From Phoronis australis (taxonomy: Eukaryota; Animalia; Phoronida), in the NCBI GenBank assembly GCA_002633005.1, contig NMRA01000027.1, positions 940,895-980,655 of the forward strand: a stretch of 39,761 bases of DNA, read 5' to 3'. A program made the position numbers and the translations under genes. Of this stretch, positions 10,301 through 22,300 are shown in pieces. The notes below the pieces were generated by a model. That model did not search any database and had not been told where the DNA came from. It saw only the letters and a program-made list of their open reading frames with translations. Numbering within the stretch: the first letter of the stretch is position 1; each line of letters starts with the position of its first letter.

Positions 10301-13300
10301 ACATAAAACTGAAACAAAGTCTGTCTCATTAGATGCAATTTGTAATGCCTTTGGAGTGTTCGTGAGTGCAAATGGTTTGAGACGCCAGCAATGAACAAAT
10401 CACTGCGTTACCGACTTTACTGACGTGCAATAAAACTAATTGACGGGACACCGAGGCCGTGTGAGCGCATGCTAATTTAATGTTTGCTGACAGAAACTGT
10501 TGGGAAACAACTCGATTTCCATCCCACGGCCAGGTGTTAGGGGAATCTTTATTTACATTTAAATTATTCAAATAATGCTTGTCAATGTACAACTTCTGCC
10601 CTGACGGCGCGGGTGCTGTGGCCAAAGCGGAACCTGAATTCGCGACCCCCGACGAGTAAGTAAATTTGCAGTATCGTGGCAAATTCACCAACATAATCAC
10701 GTGTACATTACTTTGGCTCACTAGTATAGTATTTTCGTGACTGGAAGTTTAGTTTCCACTGAACCTTGGCTGGTTTATGTTCGTAATGCCTGATCAGTTT
10801 CCGAGCCACAGGCCGGGATAACCGTAGCCAATCCGACCGGCCGCGACGGGCCTGATCGGGCTCCGAGCCACTGTCCAGGATAACAAGCGTTTTGCGTTTA
10901 GAACTAAAAAAATCACAAGTCTAAACAACACAGATTTAGGTTCTCCTGTCTGTATCTCACGGAAAATACTTCGAATTTATCTCCATACAGACCCCAAACT
11001 CCTGCTACGAACCTTAAAATTGGCCTGCCGAACAGGCTACGGTGTGTCCAAATACCAATAAATCCGTAACAGCGAAATAAAACAACACGTTTTTATAAGA
11101 ACTTGGTGTATTTTTAAGGGTTTTACATCGAAGTTAGATGATTTATTGGTGTTAAACGATCAATGCAAGCGATAAACGGACACCAGTAACCCGTGTTGTG
11201 AACTGCTGAACAGACTGTGTGTGAAACCAATGGGGCTATTCGGAAAATTCTCCTCGGGGTGTCGCTGCTGTACTAGTGGTGATTAAATTGCGCATGCGTG
11301 GCTATCTGCATGTAAACAACTGGTAAAAGATGGAATTTTTATCAAAATACGTCGTCGCGCTAACCCTTATTACTGCTAATTTCCCTGTTGCAAGTCTTCG
11401 ACAGGTGGCCACAAATTCCCAAAAGACCTAAGGTTACTATATTCGTGGACAATTGCGGTCAAAAGGGTCAACTAATTGACAAAAAGTGTGTGGATGCTGA
11501 AGCCCCGTGTGTGCTCTATGACTATGCAGTTCCATTCGGAGACTACACAACATTACTTGGTAAGTTTTTAGCAGTCAAGTTTCTATCAACATCGTTCGGT
11601 GATGTTATCCCCACCAGTTACCCCACTGAATGACAGGTTTATTGAGTGGAACTAAGTGTTTCTTTTAGGAAACTCACCCGATGCCGGGTGGGCTAGCAGC
11701 ACATATTCATATTGTCCTGGGTGGGAGTGCTCCCAAAATAAGAGGTGTATGGTACGTGATGCACAGAAGTCAAGGGCGACTTTTTCACAGCAGTTTCTAT
11801 TCAAAACTATACTGTTTCCAATAAAATTCTCTCGATGAGTGAGTTTCCTTATTTTATCACGGACCACACCCCCAGGACTACCAGATCAGTTATTGAATTA
11901 ACATGAATAAGCTTTAATTCAGTAAATGTCGTAACATTGCATTGGAAAAAAATTGACACCTAGAATGAATTTTACTTGTTGAGATCAGAAGCACATTTTA
12001 AGTGTCATGAAAAATACACATTGTTAAATCACTTTTAGCCTGCTTCACATATTTTAATTCAGATATTAAATAAGACTTGGGTACAAAGGTTATTAGTTTC
12101 TACACATAAACATGAAGATGAAATGTCAAGTATGTTCTGCCTTACAAATGTAGTTTTCTCTTGTCTTTTCTTTTACAATTTGCTAATATTTCTATTCTGT
12201 TACAGGCAAGAAAAAACAACTGAAACCAACCGCCTGACCATCTATTTCACCGTTGGACAAAGTGAAAAGCAATCCTTCAGCAATAACCTGAGAGAATTGA
12301 ACGTAATTCAGAAATTCAGCACCTGATATGCCTGATTATGGACTCCCTCGCAATGTTGTTTCTTTCTGTGCTTTTTCAGTTTGCCATTTGTTTTTAAATA
12401 CACTGATAATTGTTTATTCTCGAATCTTGTGCATAGCAGATTCTTATCCAGCTAGCTACAATTGAAAACATACAATAAGACAATCGATGCAGTCACTGAA
12501 TGTCATTTCCCCATAATCTGTACCAAATTGAAAAGTTTTTACCAATAGTATAAAGCCTTTCTTCTGAAAGGAAAATTTAATGTCACTCAGCTTTTGGCTT
12601 TCATTTCACTGGGTTCTAGTTTCAATGGCCTATAGAAGCGCTTGTAAAAAAGGTCCAGTTTCAACACGTGGCTTTCTTTCATGTAACCTCATTCAGCCTC
12701 AATAACATCCACAATTAGACCCTTGAAGGTAAACACAGCAGCATATCACTTGAATCGTTTTGAGCCCAAAATCAGACTCTGAACTAGACCAGAGTGTGAC
12801 TAGGTCTTCTTTAGCTTCAGTCCCTCATGTTTCTTCCAGGAAAGGAAATAAGCTATTGTCCACACATGACTCATTGCCTATGAAAGGGCATCCTCACCAA
12901 CAAGGCTTATTTGTGTAGCAGTCAGATATAGTTCGTCTGGATACACAGACACTCCACTGGCACATTGTCTTATGGTAACTTAGTACTGCGATTCACATTT
13001 CTCCAGGGCCACTGACTTGCACATTGTGCCATGCAGCACTGCTGGTGTGTGGAAGTGCTGTGGGAAGAGAACGGAGTAACAAAGCTTGTCTATGATACAG
13101 CTTGAAGTGGCCTTAAAATGTCACTGAACCTGGAACAAATATTGAAATATGAATAATTAAGTACTCCAGATTGGATCAAAAATGTTATCCCTGTTTTTCA
13201 AAAATATATGGTGATTGGTCTACAGTTTCACATAAAAGTAAATAATTACTATTTTCAGAAACCAAGGGTGTATATAATGAGTATTGCATAAAACTGTGTC

Positions 13301-16300
13301 TTTATTTTTTATCCCTAGCCATAACAATTCTTTAAACGCATCACTTGTCTGTAAAATATACAAGTTTTTTGAGACAACTTCAAACCTTTGTTACCCATTT
13401 TCAAGCCTTTTTAATTTTGATACTTTCAGCAATTTTAAACTCAGATTACAGGTTCATGGGTCTGTCAAGCATACTTCTAGCCTAAGGTTGAGGGAACCGT
13501 TTTTCTTCTAATAGAAGATATGAAGACTTGGGTCATTTAAAAATGATGGATAATCTTTCTGTTGTTTAAGAGTAATTACAAATCGTAAGGCACCATCAAA
13601 AATGCAATTTTCACAAAAATGGCAGTCATTTGAATTTATAACGACTTGCAACATTTCAAGGCATGAGTTAAGACTATTCAGTCACTGTGAATTCGGAAAA
13701 TGTAATATATTTTCGTGGTTTTACAATTGATACAAGTAGCAAAACAGTTTCATGAAATCAACTTGAAGGGACTTCGTGAAGGTTAAGAATTACCTCACCA
13801 TGCTCTTTTCCCCAAACATGTATTACCTGTTATTTCCACACATTCAGTTGTACCAAATATTACAACCCCCCATGCCAATCCCCCCTCGGGACCTGAATAA
13901 GTAATTTAACAAAATGACTTTAAAAATAGCTGTTCCTTTTCAAAGGCTTTGTTCGTTGTCTCCAATATTGAAAGTAGGCTTTGACAACAGATCTGCACTG
14001 GATGGGAAGATCTTGTTGGTTAGCTGCAGTCAAATGCTAAAAACCAATTTTTGTCCATTCAGGGACGGTGCAGAAGCGATGCATATCTCCTCTGCACGGT
14101 ACAAGCCTTCAAACCTAAAAACCAAAGGTTACGTGAAAACTGACGTGATAGATTTCCATTTCAACGTGTAATAGATTTCCAGAAGACATATGATAGGGAG
14201 TAAACAAATACTAGTCTAATGCAATGGATATTTATCACTCACGTACCCTTTGCCATTGGGATTGGATTGTAATCTTAACTCATTAACCTGTATGGAGTTG
14301 ACAGCATAAATATTCAGCATTGATTGATGTAACTGTCACTGATAAACTTTTAGAAATCATTCCAAACAATAATAATTCTTTGATGTACGAAAAGACCCCG
14401 ACTGCTACGTCAAGTATCGTATCACATATCACAACATACAAAGATTAACCAGACTCTGGCTGGCGACTGACTGCCGCGAAGTCGACATCGGCGAGCGCCT
14501 CAGTTAACAGGCATCGGTAGAATAATCATGGGATAATCATTAAAATAATCACAAACCTTACCTTTGTATGAGGTCGTGCTTACTTCCTCTCATAGAAACA
14601 CCCTTTTTACGCAATCTCAGATTTAGTTGGCACGGCTGCAAGCCATTTCACCATGTATTTAAAGGGCTCGCGAAATCGAGGCTGTTAATCTATCACCACT
14701 AGTACACGCACGCCCTCTAGTTATTGTAGATTTTCCGAATAGCCCCATTACGTCATTGGATAATTTTAACACCTCCGTCTGCCATCAGGTGTCAGGTGAC
14801 GCAACCGTACGTGTCGTTATGGATTAGAACTACTCGATCTAAATTGATACAAATTAGGTTGTTTTTTGGGTGGCATGCTCCTTTAATGTTGTAGCGAGAT
14901 GGTAGCGTCTAGCACAGCATCTAGCACAAGGGTTGTGTTGTTGTGAATAGATTGGTGGAATGCGCTTTGGATACCATAACAAGACTGATGAATACATATG
15001 CGAAGAAAAGTTTGATTTAGTGGGGAAGGGTTGGCGTAACAACCCTCTCCGGGTAGATTCCATTTGTTCCGCTTCTGACAACAAGCAATTTCGCTCCGAT
15101 GTCTACTCGACTTTTCCCTCCTTTCCCAGGTGACTCCATTACTTTATTTCCTTGCTCCCCAGGGGAGGATCCAGGATTTTGAGTTGGGAGAACAGGGCAC
15201 AGGAATAGCCAGAATTTCGCCACGTGGACGCGCCCAGCCTAAAATGTAGGGATGCACGGTTCTCGAATTTTTGGGTTTGTGGGCCTTATTACTAAAAAAA
15301 GTTAAACGGGGTTCATCAAGGCCTATGTATTGTGCATTCGCCTCCCGAGCCCGCCTGGGTGCGTGCATATGTTAGTCAGCAATTTGCACCCCGAACTGCC
15401 AAATGGTATTTGGGAGAATTTTAGGGGGGCATGGTCACCCCTTGGCCTGCCCCCCCCCCAAATCCGCCACTGCTCCTGCACCGCCATCGACGTCAGTCAT
15501 ACACACTGTCACAGTTTTACTACTGCTTTCCACTTGACGGTCGTTTTTGCAGGCTCGTCGAAATGTAAACACTATTGTCGAGACGGGTACTCTAATTCAA
15601 TGTCCCTTGCCATCGGCAGGCAAAATCCTCAGTGGGAGCAAACACCGTGGAGACTGTCAGCAGAAACTTTAGATCACAACCTGAAAACGATTATTTTTAA
15701 ATCTGGACACTTTTAAGTGCTCCGATCTTAAAAGATTGTGTAAGGCTTCATTGACCAGTCGGTGTATTTAGCCAATTGTCTTCAAATCTATAGATTTTAA
15801 CACAGTAAACCTAACTGAAAGTACACAACCTGTGAAGATCGATTTGCGATTTTTTACCAGTCTGCTGTTGATTTAATCACGTGACCATGCCTTTTTAGCG
15901 AAACGTAGTAAAGCGAAAGGTATATCCACATCAAAACAACCGTATCAATAACGTAACAAACGCTTGTTTGATTTAAATATACTGGATGAAACCTCAGAAA
16001 TGCTAAATTATCATCCTGTTTTGGTTTTATGCCACTTTTGAGTCGTTTCAGAAAAACTCAAACAAACGTGGAAAAGTTTAGACAAATTTTCCAACAGAGT
16101 TTTAGGGAACATTGCATAAAACAGAATGTCTGAAAGTGTCATATGAGTTTTCTTCACCATTTCTAAGATACATTCCATGGTTTGCCAAATTTAGTCGTTA
16201 CAAGTACATAACCTTAACGCAGTCAAGCGGTTGGGTATCAGAAATGTTGATTTTCAGGGCGGTACAGTTGACAGCAGTTCCTGTTGAACCCAATATAGTG

Positions 16301-19300
16301 CAATAAATACACAACGGTGTTAATAGAATATAGTTCTTGAGCCATCTTGGAATTGCATTGTTTTGCTTAAACCGGCCTCCCGTTCAGTAACGCTAGGACC
16401 TCGCTAAACAGCAAGACTCCGCGAGATTACGTGAGATATTGTCGTCCACTTTAAATGAGAACACGTGACTTTGACTAAGTTTTAGCTAGGTCCTAGCGTA
16501 GGTCCTAGCGTCTACTGAACGCACGCCTGGTCCGCTGGACTGTATTTATTGTCAGAGCCTCGCAGGCGTGCCGTCTCCTTAATTACTACTAGTGGAGGGA
16601 ACTCGTGTCACTTGGTATCTTATTTGTCTCTGAGGATCTAGGAATTAGGTAAATACAGGCCAGTAGGCAGAGTTCAAGTAACAATAGTGCACGACAGTGT
16701 TGTTGAATGTCATCTTTAATGCATAATCTTTCGAACAGAAAGAGGAGACAGTCTTGTTCAGTGGTTTGAGCTGCGGACTTCCCTTTGGAGACCCGGGTTC
16801 AAATCCTGACTTACTAGCAGACAATCGAGCATAGCACAAAAATGTCCCAACTCCTGTGAACTCGGTCTTACGGGTGATTGAATGAATGTTGGCAAAGGAA
16901 TGAATGAGAACCACTTCAGATACTCGACTTCGGGTGTGAAGTGTACAGAAGAGTAAGAAAGAATTCTCGGTCCATTTGTCGATCGAGCTACCAGAGAGCA
17001 GCTCTACAGTAGATCACGGTGAGACAACAAAACTATAAGAAATGTAAACTTCATTAGGAGACGAGTTGTGTCTCATTTACATGGGCTGAAATACAATTAC
17101 TTAGGGTGAACTTAATCAGGTCACAATAAGTCACAACGCCTGAGAGTGTGAGTAGGAAAGTTGCCAACCGACAACAGTATGGTTCGTTCAATGAATTCTG
17201 CTAACGTTTTAGCTAAGAAAGTTCTGGAGCAGACAGTTGAATGTAGAGAATTCTGGGAGAACCAACTTTATCCCGGAATCAGGAGATGGAGCATCGAGTT
17301 CGATTATACTTTTCTCCATTTCTAAAAGTGCAAATTAGATTGATGGTTCTTTTAATTATGGTCACGAAAATTTCTTTTTAAATAATGTGGCCGTGTAATA
17401 ATTGGGGGAGAGTACTGCGAGACACCCTGAAATTGTCGATTTAGGTGGGTGAAATATAACAAGTTCGTCAAGGAAAGAAAACGCTGGGTAAATAGTGCCC
17501 GTCAAATAAAGATTCTTAATAGAAAAAGCTTGCAAAAATTTTTTCATGTGAACTTTTGGCCTGTTTAGTGAATCAATTCGTGTTTCCCATAATTAAGGGA
17601 ATATTTAATTACCCAATGTTTCTGCTAGTTTAGCCTTATAATGCATTTATTTAAGTGTTGGTACAAATTAAAGAAGCGTGGAAGAAAATGAACCAAATAA
17701 AAGTTCGAAAATCATCACAATTGAGTTTGGTAAATGATACAGTTTAAATTGGATTTAAATCGAATTGTATGAAGGCCTAATATGTGAAACGACGATCTTT
17801 GATCCGGGTACAAAAATCCTTGCTCGACTGTCGACTTTGCATTCCAGCATTACAATCTCGGAAAATGGAATTAGTATCTCTAGAAAACCGTGGTTGATTT
17901 GTTGTTACTATAATATTTCACGGTGAAAAATCAAAAGGTTTCGTCTAGTTTTATTTCCAAGAAATCTCGTAGTGACAAAATAAAAAGCGATTTCTAATAG
18001 GATGTTCATCAAACAAATTCTTGGAACAATGATTCAGGTCATTGATGCGCATACAAAAATTGCCTCCAAGTGCTGAGCGTCGCGCAATGAATCACTAGAA
18101 AGTTTTCTTCTGCTCGCAAAATATAAACATCGGAAGTTAAAAACAGAGCTGGAGACTAATGTACATCTCAGTGATCTCAATGGACCTTTGGACTCTGGAC
18201 TGCGTCAGGTGCGACAATACGTCACCAGGACGACAAAACAATTCGGAACTGCTGAACGTGTTACATTAGAAACTTAAGAATATCAAAACTACCCATACTG
18301 TACGATTAACATCATTGTGGTTATTACGACTTACTCTCTTTTAAACAGAATTTGTTTATTTTAGAACCAAGTATAGGGTAGCCTACAGACAGGAACAGCG
18401 ACAAAGGTGCTGTTCTGGATACAGAGAAAACGGCCGGAGTTATTGTGCACGTAAGCCTTGCGTTTTCTTCCTAAGGCATTTCCCATAACTTTGTTAAACA
18501 GCAGGCCGGAACCAAATCTACGTCGAAATATTCCCGCGATATGGCCCCTCTACTCCTCAGTTATGAGCTCAAATCGGATGGGCTTGTGTACGTGAGGTTG
18601 TCTTTCCCACATAATCTCCGTCCGTGACACCTGCTACTCTTTCGAATTAGTACACGATTTCTATTGTTCTCTACATTCACTTCGAGAAATTGTCACGATT
18701 AAACACCTTTTCTTTCTAGCGCTGTGCTTTGGTTCTTTTAATTGTCCAAACGGCGGAACCTGCGTGAGGCCTAACTACTGCACATGTCAAATAAGCTACT
18801 ACCCGCCCAGATGTAACGGTAGGTTTTTGGCACCACTTGCGCGCATTGAGAAAATTCATGCGCGAATTTCAAAAGAGTACCCAATAATTGATAAGGCGTC
18901 ACTGACAGATCATGGGACTAATTTCTTAATATTATTATCATTGTTATTAATTATCAACATCATTATTGTTGTTTTTTCATAATCATTATTATTCTTTAAT
19001 TTTGTACCCCTATCGCCTGGTCTGCATTGAAAGGCTTCCATAGGCTGGACTGATGAAGTAGTGTATGATATATTAATACAAATCTTTCGTTGACCTTTTT
19101 TTATTCTTCGGGTTAGCCAGACGCCACAACCAATTAAGAGGTGAGACTGGGTCATCTGTTTGTAAACCTCGTTACATTTTAGCGTTGGTGTCATGTAGAG
19201 TCCGTTATGAGGGAGATTTTGCCGCCATGATGCCGTCGTGATGACGACGGTGGTGACGGTGAAAGTGGTAGTAATGATAACGCACACGGATGTCTTGTTT

Positions 19301-22300
19301 CTCATAGCTTGCCCTGTGTCCCACATTGCCAACTGCGCCAAAATGACTTGCTCCGCTGGACCCTCAAACAAAGTATGCACAGAATGTAATCTGCAGTCGC
19401 CGTCCGGAGGGGCCTATCTTCGGACAGGCAATCGTTGTTTGCGTAAGTACAAACCTTTTAACAGACATAGCCTCAAAAAAATGCTCCACGCATTGCTGTA
19501 GTTTTAAAAAAAATAGCTGTGTATTTTTCGGCCTCCCAAAATAACAGTTACTATTTTCTATAGCATTTGCGATTGTATTAAACACGGAACGATAGGCTGG
19601 GTTGTGCGACTTTGATATATGGTGTGCCAGCAGTGGATGCATAATGCTCTCGAAATACAAATGCACTACTTTGGCCGCGGTGAGAAATGTTGCTGACTAT
19701 CTTAGGCACCAGATTTTCTCACCCATTTTGCATTCTGTGGCGGTTTACTTTTGTTTGCCACAGAACAAATTCTATCGATTAGTTCCCCAACCTTGTTACC
19801 TGAAAATGTTCTAAACCCCTGTCTACGATTTCTGCCATAATGTGATATGCCTTTGACTTTCTTTTGAAGCGAAGTGCTCGTGGCTTACCCCCACACGATG
19901 CTGGCCAGGGACATGTAGCGACAGAGGTTTGACATCGTCTTGCAGTTGCTCAACGGGATTCAGGCGCGTAGGCGGAAGCAACTGTGACTGTAAGTAGTTT
20001 GACCATGAGTTACATACTTCAGGCTTGCGGTTTTTGCTCACGGGGCTAGAGTGGAGCGTCAGCATGTGGTGTCATTTGTGTATGGCTTGGAAGAGGAATA
20101 TTAGAAGTAACTGGAGATAATCTGAAAATGTCAGGTTTTAATCATGTTTTATCCTAGAACATATTTTGTTTTAATTTGCTTTTCTTTTTGTAGTGTACAC
20201 TGTCATACCTAATTTGCTCACTTGCACCACACGAGCCGTGAGTTCCAACAACGAATATGCTGACTCGATGACGCCACCTGGACAAGGTGCTTGTGGAAAT
20301 CAAGAGGATTATTACAGCAATTTCTCACCGACCAGCGTCCGTTACACATTTACGTTCCAGTTCAAAGTAGACGGTTTGCCACTCAAGCCTAGCTGGATCT
20401 CAGCCTATCACTTTGGTGCTGTGGCTGCGTACACCCAGGTTATTACCTATAGACAAAATGGTTAGTTTTTTAATTATAGTAAACAATACCCCCGCCTCTT
20501 GCGTCAATATGCTGAGAAGAGCAGTGCATCTGAACCCCATTTGCTACGTAAGCCAACATTGTCGCGTATTAAAACACTACTATTGTACAAGTCACTAGTA
20601 GAGGAGACGGGCTAAACCGCCAGTCGTCTCACAAAGATCTATCAAACAACGTCGTGGAAATAGACATTTCGTGAGTCTGCTAAAACAGCGCAAAAATCCA
20701 ATCGAGAAAGCTTCAAGGATACAGAATAATTCTGTAGCTGGATGTTTTGATGTGTTTGCTCTCTCAAAAATCAGGTTGCCGTAGGCGAATGACGAATCAC
20801 TTTACATCTGCAGGAGAAAACCACGCCCATAAGACATCTCGGTTCAGTTTCCGATATTGTTACGAGCAAGGCTCAAGAGAAGTGAAGCTCACTAATCAGA
20901 ATCGTGGGTGGTCACATGGCATTGATTTTGATTGTTAACATTATAACATACTTTCATGCTTTAACCTGCATGTGGAGATAATTCTGAACAGCTGTTAATA
21001 AGATAATCCTCATTGGCGTTGGCTTACTAAGTAAATTCACACGTCCAGTTCACCAGTTCCGTTCCTAAAGCACGCTCTCAATCACCAAGTCTCTCGCGAG
21101 CGCGTCACGAGCGAGCTGATTTTATACTCTGGCGGCAGGCGATGAAAAGCATTGGCTTCTTGTGTGACGATATCACAACTTGTGCCCATCTTATCCACTA
21201 CAGCCATCGCCTTTGCCAAATAACATGTTTTTTTCAAACTAGGCCTACACATTTAGCAAAACCATGGTTACAGAACGAAGACATTCGCAAAGACTGGGAG
21301 TGTTTTTCTGTCTTCTTCCGTGTTGACATTTAATGAGGTCATATATTAAACCACTGACTATTATCGCCTGTGTTCTTATGGTAAAGAACGGCGGAGACAT
21401 TTCCTGCTAGAACTGATCATTACTGGAAAACACGTGGGTCGACTGACTTATTGTCCTCTTATCGACCGTTTGAAAGCTTAGCATCAAAATTAACTTTTTA
21501 AATAACTGTTTCTTTGCATTTCTCTCCAACGATATCAAATATATGAATTGTTATTTACGAAATTGAGTGCTGTGTACGAACTGTGTTGCTTTTCGTACGC
21601 CACATAAGTTTTGCCAGATCTCGCCTAGACTCACCAGTTGTTTACGTTTTTTTGTGTTCAGGCATATGGAAGGGTATACGCGAAGCGTTCTCTTACGGGC
21701 ACTTTGTGCTGTTTAAGATTAGCATCATCCGTGACAGCCACAATGCACGTCTTGACAGTTTTCAAAGTCGTCACCAACTTTTAGTCATTTCTAGTGAAAG
21801 ACACAACCAAAGGGCGTATATTAAAGTTTTGTTTTCTTCGCGCGACCGATTGAAAAATATAACGCTATGTTTGAAATGATATCTGCCAATGCAACCCACC
21901 CAGCGTAGTGAGGATAAGAGGAAACAAGCGGTACTGGATCTAAGAACGGCCCGGTCTTCCTCAAAAGTGTGGAGCAAATTTCGAACAATTCATGAACTTG
22001 ATCAAACGAGGTCTTTTGGCAACCACATTAGTAAGAGACAATAGTACGTCGTTACCAGTACATGTAAGTGCTCTCTTTAAACCAGGCCGACTAAAGGCCT
22101 GGTATAACAGGACATGACGAGAGCGAGTACTGTATTGATCTTTAAAACGGGACTTCGATTGATTGCACTAACTTACTCGTAAGGAAATAAATGTAACCCT
22201 ACCTTAACACTTGATTACAGAACCGTCGGGACAGTGCTTCCAGGACACCAGTAGTCACCGTGTACTCCCATTCATGGCATACGGGTCGGATAAACAGAGC

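Larger units (their letters stand above)
11232..14746 (-). mobile_element. ISL2EU-type DNA transposon derivative nested in the Kolobok element
   Basis: Perfect 17-bp TIR ggggctattcggaaaat (11232-11248 / 14730-14746), AT target duplication (11230-11231, 14747-14748), shared subterminal tgtactagtggtgat, internal YqaJ-like pseudogene. Confidence 0.8.
9691..14882 (+). mobile_element. Kolobok-type DNA transposon (internally deleted, with nested insertion)
   Basis: TTAA at 9687-9690 and 14883-14886; TIR aggagaatgccaccc / gggtggcatgctcct (14/15); THAP remnant on + and a convergent second-ORF remnant on -. Confidence 0.8.

Noticed and set aside
10788-10884. CRISPR-like repeat-spacer-repeat (35 bp / 27 bp)
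   Set aside because: Only two diverged copies, eukaryotic intron context, no cas genes.
15590-15636. Second hammerhead on - strand (CUGAGGA, UUGCC/GGCAA stem)
   Set aside because: The required GAAA reads GGGA, and no stem I/III or UH triplet fits.
16745-16815. tRNA gene
   Set aside because: A and B boxes are present but acceptor and anticodon stems do not pair properly; better explained as a SINE head.
18159-18208. Possible first exon (MYISVISMDLWTLDCVR, phase-2 donor) with upstream TATA-like atataaa
   Set aside because: Poor signal peptide and weak donor; exons 4251-4315 and 9218-9331 give a clear signal peptide and complete the EMI domain in the same phase.
18910-19380. 156-aa - strand ORF, and other - strand ORFs overlapping exons (25408, 29437, 31002, 31577, 32920, 36349)
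   Set aside because: Antisense shadows of real exons plus low-complexity (ATT/GAT) intron tracts; no domain signal.
22081-22103. Hairpin accaggcc-gactaaa-ggcctggt as terminator or ncRNA
   Set aside because: Isolated 8-bp stem in a eukaryotic intron, with no U-tract or other support.
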